Program-made: the position numbers and the translations under genes
The notes under the pieces: generated by a model
Told to the model about the DNA's origin: nothing
Seen by the model: the letters and a program-made list of their open reading frames with translations, nothing else
Database searches by the model: none
In this document: one piece after another, positions 1 through 8,014 of the stretch
How positions within the stretch are numbered: position 1 is the first letter of the stretch
How the letters are laid out: every line of letters begins with the position of its first letter
Assembly: GCA_902386535.1 (NCBI GenBank)
Contig: CABMJK010000024.1
Location: forward strand, 1-56,442
Reading direction: 5' to 3'
Source of the DNA: Candidatus Burarchaeum australiense
Lineage (GTDB): Archaea > Micrarchaeota > Micrarchaeia > Burarchaeales > Burarchaeaceae
DNA: 56,442 nucleotides

Positions 1-4
1 GGGG

Positions 5-649
5 TCAACGGGGCCGGCGTAGCCTGGTGGCCGGTTTTTTGATGCCGCCCCGCGTGGTGGGCTCCATGTGCTGGGCCGGCGCCTCGATTCTGTGCACCTG
101 CAGGCCTGCGTGCCTTATGCGGTCGTGCATGTCCCGGTCCTCGAAATAGCGCAATGACTCGTTGAAGCCGCCCAGGCGCTCGAAGGTCTCGCGCTTGTAG
201 GCATGGGGGACTTCCATTATGTCGCCCGCGGCCCTGCCCGAGAGGTGCGAGATTCTCACGTAGTTGCATTTTTCCATGAAAGTCTTTGGCGGACGCGGGG
301 GGTTGAACCACTGCACCAACTCTACGCCCGGCACACGGAACTTTTTTTCTATGAGGTCGAGCGAGCGTGGATCGAGCAGGACGTCGGCATCGAGAAAAAC
401 CAGTATGCCGCCCTTCGCCTCCCGGGCGCCCAGGTTCTTGGCGGCCGACACGCCCCGACGGGCGCCGCGCACGAGGCGCACTGCCTTGTGTTGTTTTGAG
501 AACTTCCCGACCACTTGCGGGGTCGAATCAGTGGAATCGTCAACCACCACGACCTCGTCCGGCCTGCGGGTCTGGCCAATCACGCGCTCAAGGGTGGCGA
601 GAATCGTGGCCGACTCGTTGTAGGTGGGAATTATGACGCTTATTTTCAT
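5..649 (-). CDS. Glycosyltransferase family 2; C-terminus at the window edge may be unreliable
   Basis: SVIIPTYNE, VVDD, GVSAAKNLG, FLDAD (DxD), GGFNE..ED motifs. Confidence 0.88.
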   Translation of the reverse strand: MKISVIIPTYNESATILATLERVIGQTRRPDEVVVVDDSTDSTPQVVGKFSKQHKAVRLVRGARRGVSAAKNLGAREAKGGILVFLDADVLLDPRSLDLIEKKFRVPGVELVQWFNPPRPPKTFMEKCNYVRISHLSGRAAGDIMEVPHAYKRETFERLGGFNESLRYFEDRDMHDRIRHAGLQVHRIEAPAQHMEPTTRGGIKKPATRLRRPR

Positions 650-652
650 CGA

Positions 653-1435
653 CTAGCCCCTGTCCAGCTTCCTTGCGGTCCATGCCTTCGTGAGATAGGG
701 CACGGAGAGTTCTTTTTTGTCCTTCAGCAGGCCCTCGATTTCGGAGATTATTTTGTCGAAGACCTTCGGCCCGCGCTTTTCGGCCTCGGTCTTCAGGTGG
801 TTCGCGGCCTTCCATGCGCTCACGTAGTTCTCCCTGCTCACGAGGGCCTCGTGCTGGTGCCTCAGCTCAATCACGTCCTCGAAAAACCCGCCTGCCAGCA
901 TGAGCCTGCGCGAGTCCTCGCCGCTCCTGAACTCGCGCGAGAAGCCGGGCACGTTGCGCTGTATTATTTCCTCGACCGCCATCTGCACCGGGTCATCCTC
1001 CTTGACGAGCGGATTCCAGAGCAGCGTGAGGTAACCGCCTTTCTTCAATATCCGGTGGAACTCGGGAATCGAGCGCTTGGCGTCGCTCCAGTGGAAGGCC
1101 GAGGCCATGGTCACCCAGTCCGCCGTCGCATCGGGAAGCCCGGTTTCCTCGGCAGCGCCGGCCCGCCACGTGACATTCGTCAGGTCGCCGCTGTATATCT
1201 TGCCATTCGCCATCATGTCGGCATTGGGCTCCACCGCGATGCAGTGCAGGCCGCGCATGGCGAGCTGGCGCGTCCATATGCCCGTGCCTGCGCCTACGTC
1301 GACCACCGTGCCTTTCTTCCTGAGCACGCCCGTGTAGTTGAGAAGCACGTCGAGCACCAGTTCAGAATAGCCCTGCCGGTATTTCCTGTACTTCTCGCCC
1401 ATGCCCGTGTAGTCTGCGGCCTTTTCCATGTTCAT
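653..1435 (-). CDS. Class I SAM-dependent methyltransferase, Cj1419/Cj1420 (MeOPN methyltransferase)-like
   Basis: VDVGAGTG motif I, AVEPN, ADWVTMASAFHW, EFHRIL..GG...LWNP; last gene of the phosphoramidate cluster. Confidence 0.85.
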   Translation of the reverse strand: MNMEKAADYTGMGEKYRKYRQGYSELVLDVLLNYTGVLRKKGTVVDVGAGTGIWTRQLAMRGLHCIAVEPNADMMANGKIYSGDLTNVTWRAGAAEETGLPDATADWVTMASAFHWSDAKRSIPEFHRILKKGGYLTLLWNPLVKEDDPVQMAVEEIIQRNVPGFSREFRSGEDSRRLMLAGGFFEDVIELRHQHEALVSRENYVSAWKAANHLKTEAEKRGPKVFDKIISEIEGLLKDKKELSVPYLTKAWTARKLDRG

Positions 1436-1457
1436 CTACCTCTGGCTTTCAGCTCGC

Positions 1458-1988
1458 TTATTTTCTCATGGAGAGCGTCAGTATCTTTCTCGCATTCTGC
1501 GAGAGCTGTGCCCGCGTGTTGTTTTCCAGCACGAGCGCCGGCCTTTTCGGGAACTCGGGCCGCTGGTGGATTCCCATCACATTCCTGCCGCGCGTATAGA
1601 GCAGCTTCTTGTTGCGCCTCAAAAGCTCCTCCTCATCCACCCTGAGTAGCACCTCTACGTAGCGCGCATTGTTCTTCGCGTTGTAAGCGTGGATTTCGTG
1701 GAACAGCGAGATTGTGCTTACCACCACAGTTATGCCCTGCCGCGTCAGTGCGGCCGCGAGCCGCGCATATATGCGCGCGGTCTTCTTCCTGTCCTCGAGC
1801 GAGTGGCCGTGCTCGCCCAGAATAGTGCGCATGACGTCGCCGTCAAGATGCACGGTGTTGGGGCGCTGCCTGCAAAGCCCGGTATACACCTTCTCGGCGA
1901 GCAGGGTTTTGCCGGTGCCTGCTAGCCCGGTTATCCAGACCAGCAGCCCGTGTTTGGCGCGCATGCGTGTTTCACCCACCCAAGCCAT
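1458..1988 (-). CDS. Adenylylsulfate-kinase-family protein, probable cytidine diphosphoramidate 3'-kinase (Cj1415-like)
   Basis: WITGLAGTGKT P-loop, LDGD, STISLFHEI; gene context; start may be 1964. Confidence 0.82.
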   Translation of the reverse strand: MAWVGETRMRAKHGLLVWITGLAGTGKTLLAEKVYTGLCRQRPNTVHLDGDVMRTILGEHGHSLEDRKKTARIYARLAAALTRQGITVVVSTISLFHEIHAYNAKNNARYVEVLLRVDEEELLRRNKKLLYTRGRNVMGIHQRPEFPKRPALVLENNTRAQLSQNARKILTLSMRK

Positions 1989-2810
1989 TTATGTCTTTTG
2001 CAGGAAGTCCGAAACTGCTTTCAGGACTTCCTCTTTGCATTTGCCGTTTGTCGCGAGTATGCCGTTGGCAAGGCGGGGCGCAGAATAGTCCAGTGGCCGG
2101 CCCTTGAAGTCGAAGACCTGCCCGCCGGCCTCCTCCAGGATTGCCTGCGGCGCGCACATGTCCCATATTGAAAGCCCGCTGAAGTTCCAATAGAACTCCG
2201 CCCTTGCCTCGGCCATTTCAGCCAGCTTCACGCCTATGCTGCCTTTTTGCACCAGCGTGCCGTTGTCGAGGAAGCGGATGAAGACAGCGTCTTTTGCGGT
2301 AAAGTGGTTCTTGCTGTTTATGAGCCTGAACTCATTCAGGTGCGAGCGCGAAGAGGTATGCAAGTCGGCAACCTTCCCATCGGACTCCACGTGCGCGCCA
2401 TTGCCCTTTTCCGCATAATACGTTTTCCCAAGGGCAGGCAGATGCACCACGCCTAAGACCGGCTGCCTGCGCTCGAGAAGGCCGATCATGACCGCAAACT
2501 CGCCGGTCCTGCGCACGAAATCCATGGTGCCGTCGAGCGGGTCCACGACCCACATCTTGTCTTTCGGCAGTTCAGCCTCCGTTTGTTCCTCCTCGCTAAT
2601 CACCGCGTAGCCGGTCTTCTTCAGCCCGTCCAGAATTATGCTGTTCGAGGCCAAATCCGCCTTTGTGAGCTCGCTCCTATCAGGCTTGAGCTCGACCTTG
2701 CTGCCGGCCTTGGCATCGCTGGCGTAAATGCGCATTATTTCCTTGCCCGCATCGATGGCCAGAATTTTTGCGGCAAACAGGTCCTTTGAGAATTTCATTT
2801 CCAAAACCAT
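1989..2810 (-). CDS. cysQ: CysQ/inositol monophosphatase family 3'(2'),5'-bisphosphate nucleotidase
   Basis: TKAD, ISEE, VDPLDGT, GSIGVK, WDMCA motifs. Confidence 0.85.
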   Translation of the reverse strand: MVLEMKFSKDLFAAKILAIDAGKEIMRIYASDAKAGSKVELKPDRSELTKADLASNSIILDGLKKTGYAVISEEEQTEAELPKDKMWVVDPLDGTMDFVRRTGEFAVMIGLLERRQPVLGVVHLPALGKTYYAEKGNGAHVESDGKVADLHTSSRSHLNEFRLINSKNHFTAKDAVFIRFLDNGTLVQKGSIGVKLAEMAEARAEFYWNFSGLSIWDMCAPQAILEEAGGQVFDFKGRPLDYSAPRLANGILATNGKCKEEVLKAVSDFLQKT

Positions 2811-3463
2811 TTTCTGTCCACGAACGCGCGCATGAGCTTGTCATTGAACTCCGCGTCAGGCGACTCGCGCTCCGGGTGCCACATTATGCCGGCAATGGGC
2901 AGGCCGGGATGGTACGCGCCTTCCACCAGGCCGTCGGCCGTGACTGCAAAGGCCTTCAGGCCGCGGGCGAGTTCGCCCGTGTCGAATCCGAAATCATGGT
3001 AGGAGTTCACGGTCGTTCTTTTTTTCCCGAAATCCGCCTTTTCGCACTTGAGGAGTTCGACCGGGTGGAAGCTGGCAACGTGGTCTTTCACCATGCGCAG
3101 TTTTCCGCCGAAATAAACGTTCAGGAACTGCAGGCCACGGCACACGCACAGCACCGGCAGGCGCTCGGCTTCGGCGAATTGCAGCAGGGCCTTTTCGGTT
3201 GCGTCGCGCTCTTCAGCCACGTTGAGGCCCGCACTTTTGCTCACGCCGTAGAGTTCGGGATTGACGCTGTTGCCGCCCGAGAGAATCATGCCGTCCGGCT
3301 TGAGCTCCCGCAGGTAGGCAGGGATGTTGGGGAGCACGTTCGACACGGGCAGGAGGGTGAGGCCGAACGCACCGTAATATTGCACGTAGCTCTGCTCAAG
3401 GCAGTCGCGCCTCGCGCCCTTGTGCTCGGCGCACACCCGCTGCGATATCGCGATCCGCTTCAT
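2795..3463 (-). CDS. Class I glutamine amidotransferase (peptidase C26), probable gamma-glutamyl-CDP-amidate hydrolase (Cj1417-like)
   Basis: ILSGG, VCRG nucleophile elbow, NSYH, WHPER catalytic His-Glu. Confidence 0.85.
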   Translation of the reverse strand: MKRIAISQRVCAEHKGARRDCLEQSYVQYYGAFGLTLLPVSNVLPNIPAYLRELKPDGMILSGGNSVNPELYGVSKSAGLNVAEERDATEKALLQFAEAERLPVLCVCRGLQFLNVYFGGKLRMVKDHVASFHPVELLKCEKADFGKKRTTVNSYHDFGFDTGELARGLKAFAVTADGLVEGAYHPGLPIAGIMWHPERESPDAEFNDKLMRAFVDRKWFWK

Positions 3464-3482
3464 CGTTTCACCTGCAAACCAC

Positions 3483-4295
3483 TCACCAGGTCATGTTAAT
3501 GAACCTATTCATCGTGCCGTCAGCTATCCACGAAAGCGCCTTTTCGTAGTCTTCGTTGGTGTCGAACTCCAGCCACCCGTGCGAGGTGCGGACCGCCTTC
3601 ACGGGCACGCGCAGGTCGATGAGCGCCTGCAGCATGCACGTCATCTGCGCTTTCCTGAAGCACATGGAGTGCATCCAGGGCTCGTCGCTTTCCCATAGCT
3701 TTTTCTTGTTCTCATCGAACAAGCGGATGAATTCGGAAACGCCTTTTTTCGAGAAGCGCAGCATGCCGACATAGCGGGCCATTGCCTTTTCGAGAGGGCA
3801 GTTCGGCGCTCCCAGCTCCACGATGTTGTCCTTCTTGTCGATGGCCATGCTTTCAACGTCCTCCTTCCACTTTCCGCCCAGCCGCGCCTTCCAGTAGTCG
3901 AGCCAGTCATCGTCCACCAGCACGCCCATATCGCCCTTGAACGCCATCATCTTCTTCACCAGCGCAGGCTCGTAGAGGATGTCAGAATAAAGGACGAGCG
4001 CGCCGTCGGGCGAGCCGAGCAGCTCGCCGCGCGCCATCACCAGCGTGGCGACCATGTTCGTGGTTGCGTAGTCCGGATTAAGCATGTAGCTCACGCCGCG
4101 GACTTGCGGAATCTTGTCGGCCATGTAGCCGCGCACGACGACGATGTCGCTCTTGGGCACGCCGGCCTCGGCCAGGGCTTCGAGCTGCCGCTCAAGCAGG
4201 GTCTTGCCCCTGACCGAGAGCATGCACTTCGGCATGTCCTTGGTGTATTTGCCCAGGCGCGTGCCGCTGCCTGCCGCGAGGATTATCGCTTTCAT
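3483..4295 (-). CDS. LicC-like cytidylyltransferase, probable CTP:phosphoglutamine cytidylyltransferase (Cj1416-like)
   Basis: AIILAAGSGTRL..PKCM, NPDYATTNM, YSD, WLEFDT; gene context. Confidence 0.82.
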   Translation of the reverse strand: MKAIILAAGSGTRLGKYTKDMPKCMLSVRGKTLLERQLEALAEAGVPKSDIVVVRGYMADKIPQVRGVSYMLNPDYATTNMVATLVMARGELLGSPDGALVLYSDILYEPALVKKMMAFKGDMGVLVDDDWLDYWKARLGGKWKEDVESMAIDKKDNIVELGAPNCPLEKAMARYVGMLRFSKKGVSEFIRLFDENKKKLWESDEPWMHSMCFRKAQMTCMLQALIDLRVPVKAVRTSHGWLEFDTNEDYEKALSWIADGTMNRFINMTW

Positions 4296-4314
4296 GCTGG
4301 TTTGCCTCTTGAAA

Positions 4315-6681
4315 TTACATTACCGCTTTTATGTACTTCGACGCGCAGTTCAATTCCACTTTCCCGCAGCCCTTCACGAAGTTGAATAGCGTGGCCCCGC
4401 AGCCAATGGCAGCCGGCATCTTGAACTCGGCGGCCCTGATGGTCATGTGCGAGGCCGCGCCGCCGAACTCGGTTATCAGGCCTGCGATGTCGTGGCTGAA
4501 AATCCAGTCATAGCCCGGGTCGGCATTCTGGATGAGCACTATCTTGCCCGCCAGCTCGAGAGGCCTGGAGTTCGCGCTCAGGTCGAACACCTCGGCGCAG
4601 ACCGTCTTCTGCGTCACGTAGTTGGGCATCATGTCGGTCGAGGTGAAATATTCGACGCTCCGGTCCATGAAGATAAGGGGCGGGAAGCGGAAGAGCTTCA
4701 TCATCGCATAGGCATTCCTGTTCCTTCCGATTTTTTCCTTCATGCCCGCGAGCGAGTCGTGGATGCGCGAGGAATGCGAGAACTTCAGGATGTCGTCTAT
4801 CGTGAGGAAGGCCAGGTCCTCGCGCGAAAGCCCGTGCTTCGAAAGATACTGCTCGACGTACACGAGCATGAGGCTCAGGTTCTTCGTGAACTCGAGCTTG
4901 GACAGCTCGCGCGCCATTGTGGACTTGCGCACGAACGCGAGCAGCTGGTCGGCTGAGACCGAGAAACCGTGCGCCTTCAGCTCGGCGGATATTTTCTTCT
5001 TCGTCGCAGCGCTGAACTCGAAATCCTTCCCGCCCCGCGCGGGCTCGGTGAAGTTCTTCAGGTCGACGTAGCCGTCGAAGCTCTCGGCATAGGTGTGCGA
5101 GCAGATGTCGTAGGTGCCGGGCCTGAGGTGTCCGTATTCCTCCATGAACTGCCGCCGCGTAATCGCGCCCCGCTTGAGCTCGCCGAGCTTGTGCAGGAAG
5201 TCAGTGGCCACCGTGCTGATGGAGGCGAAGAACCGGTCGTACTCGTCCTGCGTGATGATTTTCTTGCGCAGCAGCGAGCGCATGAGCGCGGCGCTTATGA
5301 AGGCGAAGCGCGCGAGTTTGCTGAAGGGCAGCGTGCCGTACATCTTGCAATCGTGGCCCAGTTGCGCGATCTTGCTCGGCAGGGGTATGTCAGACGCGAC
5401 TATTTTCTCGCGCCTCTTCCGCATCTGCTCGGACAGCCCGACCTCGCGCTCGATGGAGGTCACGCGCCCGGCCAGTATGTCGTCCGTGAGAGTGAACAGG
5501 CACGATTTCATCTCGGCTATTTCGGCCTTGGAAAAACCTTCGGCCGCCATTTCCTTTTCTATTTCCCCGTAATCGAGAACGTAGCAGGTATAGACGACCT
5601 TGAACTCGACCTTGTCGTGGAAATCCTGGAAGCGGCGGAGCTTGCGCAGGTAGAAGTTCACGAGCTTTTCCGAAGTTGCGGCCGAGAGCGAGGCAGGCAG
5701 GAAGGTGTTGAAGCTCATGCGTATGTCGACGTAGGGCTTGCCCGCGAGCGAGCAGATGCCCGGCTGGTAGCCTATCGCCTTGTAGCCCACTTCCTCGCGC
5801 GCCTGCGGCCAGACGGTGTCCGTGATGAGGTGGCGGTAGAGAGAGAAGGCGAGCGGCTTCGGGTCGACGCCGATTATCTCCGCGGGATTCCAGTCGGGCA
5901 TTATCCCGTAGGCCACGTTGCTGCCCGCCAGGTTCGGGAACGGCCTGTCGTTTTCGCGCACGAAATCCTTCACGTGCTCGAGCGTGTCCCTGAATTCCTT
6001 GTCCGTGCAGACCTTCTGCTTTGCGATGGTTATGGGCCGCACCTGCAGGGTATGGAGCTTGTCGCCCGCAATCACGAACTCGATGTCCAGCGAGTCGCAG
6101 CCAGTCGCCTTTTCTATCTCGCGCACCGCCTCGATTACCTGCGCCATGTATTTGTCCGAGGGCGTGCGGCCGTAGAGCTTGCAATAGGTGAAAATCTTCT
6201 GCCTGCCGCTGGAGCCGGAAGTTATTACGTCGGTCCTGCCGCTCAGGTCGTCGTAGTTTATCACGTAATAGGGCGCGCCGGTCTCGAGGTCGCGCGTGAA
6301 GGCCACGCCACTCAGCTGCACCTTCCCGACTTGCTGCTGCACGAGAACCAGGTTTCCATCGTCGCTGTTCCTCTTTTCGCTGTAGCTGCCCACCACCTTC
6401 TCGACCGCGGCAGTTATGGCGGCCGGAGAGGCGGCGTCTACGTCAAGGACGCTCCTGAAGCAGCCGGCCATGGAGCTGGCCTGCGAGTCCTCGTTCAGCG
6501 CGCTGCTCCGCACGACTATCTTCTGCCCTTTCACGAACTTCGCCCGCACTTTCGCCACCGCGGCCGCGGCATCGGCCTTCCACTCGCGCACCGTAAAATG
6601 CAGGAGGGGCGGGATTTCGGACTTGCGGAGCCGGCCCTGCAGCCTCTCGAGGGTCTCGGCCTTGGTTGAGAATTCAAACAT
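4315..6681 (-). CDS. PEP-utilizing/PPDK-like kinase, probable L-glutamine kinase (Cj1418-like)
   Basis: TKAETL, VRSS..ED...SMAG, SGVAFT, DIEF..LQVRPI, MPDWNPAEIIG, ADPGYDWIF, GGAASHMTIRAAE phospho-His domain; about 788 aa from ATG 6681. Confidence 0.88.
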   Translation of the reverse strand: MFEFSTKAETLERLQGRLRKSEIPPLLHFTVREWKADAAAAVAKVRAKFVKGQKIVVRSSALNEDSQASSMAGCFRSVLDVDAASPAAITAAVEKVVGSYSEKRNSDDGNLVLVQQQVGKVQLSGVAFTRDLETGAPYYVINYDDLSGRTDVITSGSSGRQKIFTYCKLYGRTPSDKYMAQVIEAVREIEKATGCDSLDIEFVIAGDKLHTLQVRPITIAKQKVCTDKEFRDTLEHVKDFVRENDRPFPNLAGSNVAYGIMPDWNPAEIIGVDPKPLAFSLYRHLITDTVWPQAREEVGYKAIGYQPGICSLAGKPYVDIRMSFNTFLPASLSAATSEKLVNFYLRKLRRFQDFHDKVEFKVVYTCYVLDYGEIEKEMAAEGFSKAEIAEMKSCLFTLTDDILAGRVTSIEREVGLSEQMRKRREKIVASDIPLPSKIAQLGHDCKMYGTLPFSKLARFAFISAALMRSLLRKKIITQDEYDRFFASISTVATDFLHKLGELKRGAITRRQFMEEYGHLRPGTYDICSHTYAESFDGYVDLKNFTEPARGGKDFEFSAATKKKISAELKAHGFSVSADQLLAFVRKSTMARELSKLEFTKNLSLMLVYVEQYLSKHGLSREDLAFLTIDDILKFSHSSRIHDSLAGMKEKIGRNRNAYAMMKLFRFPPLIFMDRSVEYFTSTDMMPNYVTQKTVCAEVFDLSANSRPLELAGKIVLIQNADPGYDWIFSHDIAGLITEFGGAASHMTIRAAEFKMPAAIGCGATLFNFVKGCGKVELNCASKYIKAVM

Positions 6682-6724
6682 CGCTACCGCGGAGAATTCC
6701 GGCGGCAATCTTAAAAGCAGTTTC

Positions 6725-6814
6725 TGGCAGTTTGGAGGTTTTGGCAGTTCTGGAGGTTCTGGTGCTTTGGCGGTTCTGGCGGTTCGGCGCTTCGGCGCTT
6801 TGGCGCTTTGGCGG
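6725..6814. repeat. Degenerate tandem repeat, about 11 units of 8-9 bp (e.g. TGGCAGTT, TGGAGGTTC, CGGCGCTT)
   Basis: Units read directly: TGGCAGTT TGGAGGTTT TGGCAGTTC TGGAGGTTC TGGTGCTT TGGCGGTTC TGGCGGTT CGGCGCTT CGGCGCTT TGGCGCTT TGGCGG. Confidence 0.85.
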
Positions 6815-6816
6815 CC

Positions 6817-7947
6817 TTAGCGGTATTTCAGGTAGAGATAGCAGAAGCGCGCGTAAAGGAAGGCCTCCTCGGCCATGATGCCGGCATGGATGCCCAGCTT
6901 CAGCAGCGTGCGCACTACAGGCACCCTGGCGCAGGAATCGTAGGCACGCTGCAGCCCGGCGCGCTTGGGCTTCAGGAAGCGCATGGAGTGCAGGTCCAGG
7001 AACTGGGAGAAGAGCACGCGGTAATTCAGGGGAATCTTCTCGTGCGCGGGCCCGCCTTTTTCCGGCTCGTAGGGCTCGTAGCCGAACTCGTCCATTATGC
7101 CCTTCTGGAAGACATCCTGTATGTAGAAAAGTTCGAAGGGGCTGAGCTTCTGCTTCCAGTCGTCCTTCACGAACCGCGGGTCGGGCCGCGTGGAGGTGAG
7201 CTTGTTCGCCGAGAGCGGCCCGCTCTTGTTCGTGCCGTCCCATTTTTTCCCATAGTAGGTCGCATCGTCCATGCATGCATTGTCGGAAATGCCGAGGAAC
7301 GCGCACAGCTTTTTCCTCACCGAAGCATAGTGTCTGTGCAGGTCCTCGTGCCGCATGAAAAGGATTTCCCGCGGCCTGAAGGCATGGCGGTAAATGTGCA
7401 GCAGGAGCGAGGGCGCAAGTATGAAGCGGTAAGTCGGGAAGGAATCCGCGGTTTTCCTGCCCGAAAGCTGCGAGGCGCGGGGATCGCGCACCGTGATTAT
7501 GATCCTCTTCCTAGCCCAAAAAGCCCTGCGCGCGCGCAGCACGTCCTTGATTGCCGCGTGCGTGTGGAAGACGATCCACTTCACCCTCCGGAGGTCCTTT
7601 TTCCTCAGGACCGCGAGCGCGTAGTGCGTGCCTATGAATGCGGTTTTGTCGGAAAGGCCGAACGCCGAGACGTAGGCGAGGAAGTGCGGCTTGAACTGCT
7701 CGAAGCTGAAGGGGAACTCAAAGGGTGTGGCCTCGGCCCACATCGGATTGCGGGCGTAGCCGTAGGCGATGCGCGCCGCCTGCTCGGGCGTTGTGCCGGC
7801 CGGCAGTTCGGGATAGCGGGAGGTGAAGCCCTGCACGAGCTCAGGGTGGCGGTCAAGAAGGGCGTTTAGGAAAAGGCTGCTGGACCTGTTCAGGGGCTCG
7901 ATGAGCAGAAGGCCCATCTTTTCAGGCTCGAAATTGTGGAACTCCAT
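6817..7947 (-). CDS. Sulfotransferase-fold (P-loop) protein
   Basis: RSSSLFLNALLDRHPE resembles the RSGTTLL..LD.HP 5'-PSB loop; VRDPRA resembles the 3'-PB motif; RHEDL, LCAFLGI, WKQKLS..E. Confidence 0.7.
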   Translation of the reverse strand: MEFHNFEPEKMGLLLIEPLNRSSSLFLNALLDRHPELVQGFTSRYPELPAGTTPEQAARIAYGYARNPMWAEATPFEFPFSFEQFKPHFLAYVSAFGLSDKTAFIGTHYALAVLRKKDLRRVKWIVFHTHAAIKDVLRARRAFWARKRIIITVRDPRASQLSGRKTADSFPTYRFILAPSLLLHIYRHAFRPREILFMRHEDLHRHYASVRKKLCAFLGISDNACMDDATYYGKKWDGTNKSGPLSANKLTSTRPDPRFVKDDWKQKLSPFELFYIQDVFQKGIMDEFGYEPYEPEKGGPAHEKIPLNYRVLFSQFLDLHSMRFLKPKRAGLQRAYDSCARVPVVRTLLKLGIHAGIMAEEAFLYARFCYLYLKYR

Positions 7948-7976
7948 GCAGGTCTTTGACGCTTTCGGCGCACAAC

Positions 7977-7989
7977 TTATTATTTATAG
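7977..7989. promoter_or_regulatory. AT-rich divergent TATA region
   Basis: TTATTATTTATA between divergent starts at 7947 (-) and 8015 (+). Confidence 0.55.
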
Positions 7990-8014
7990 CTACCCAAAGG
8001 TGGCCGTGGTTTGG

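Noticed and set aside
5-60. Unusual basic C-terminus of the first GT2
   Set aside because: It lies at the window edge, where sequence may be unreliable; it cannot be interpreted.
1458-2810. Sulfate activation/assimilation (cysC-cysQ)
   Set aside because: There is no ATP sulfurylase here, and the neighbours are Cj1416-Cj1419-type genes, so phosphoramidate synthesis explains the context better. Not fully excluded.
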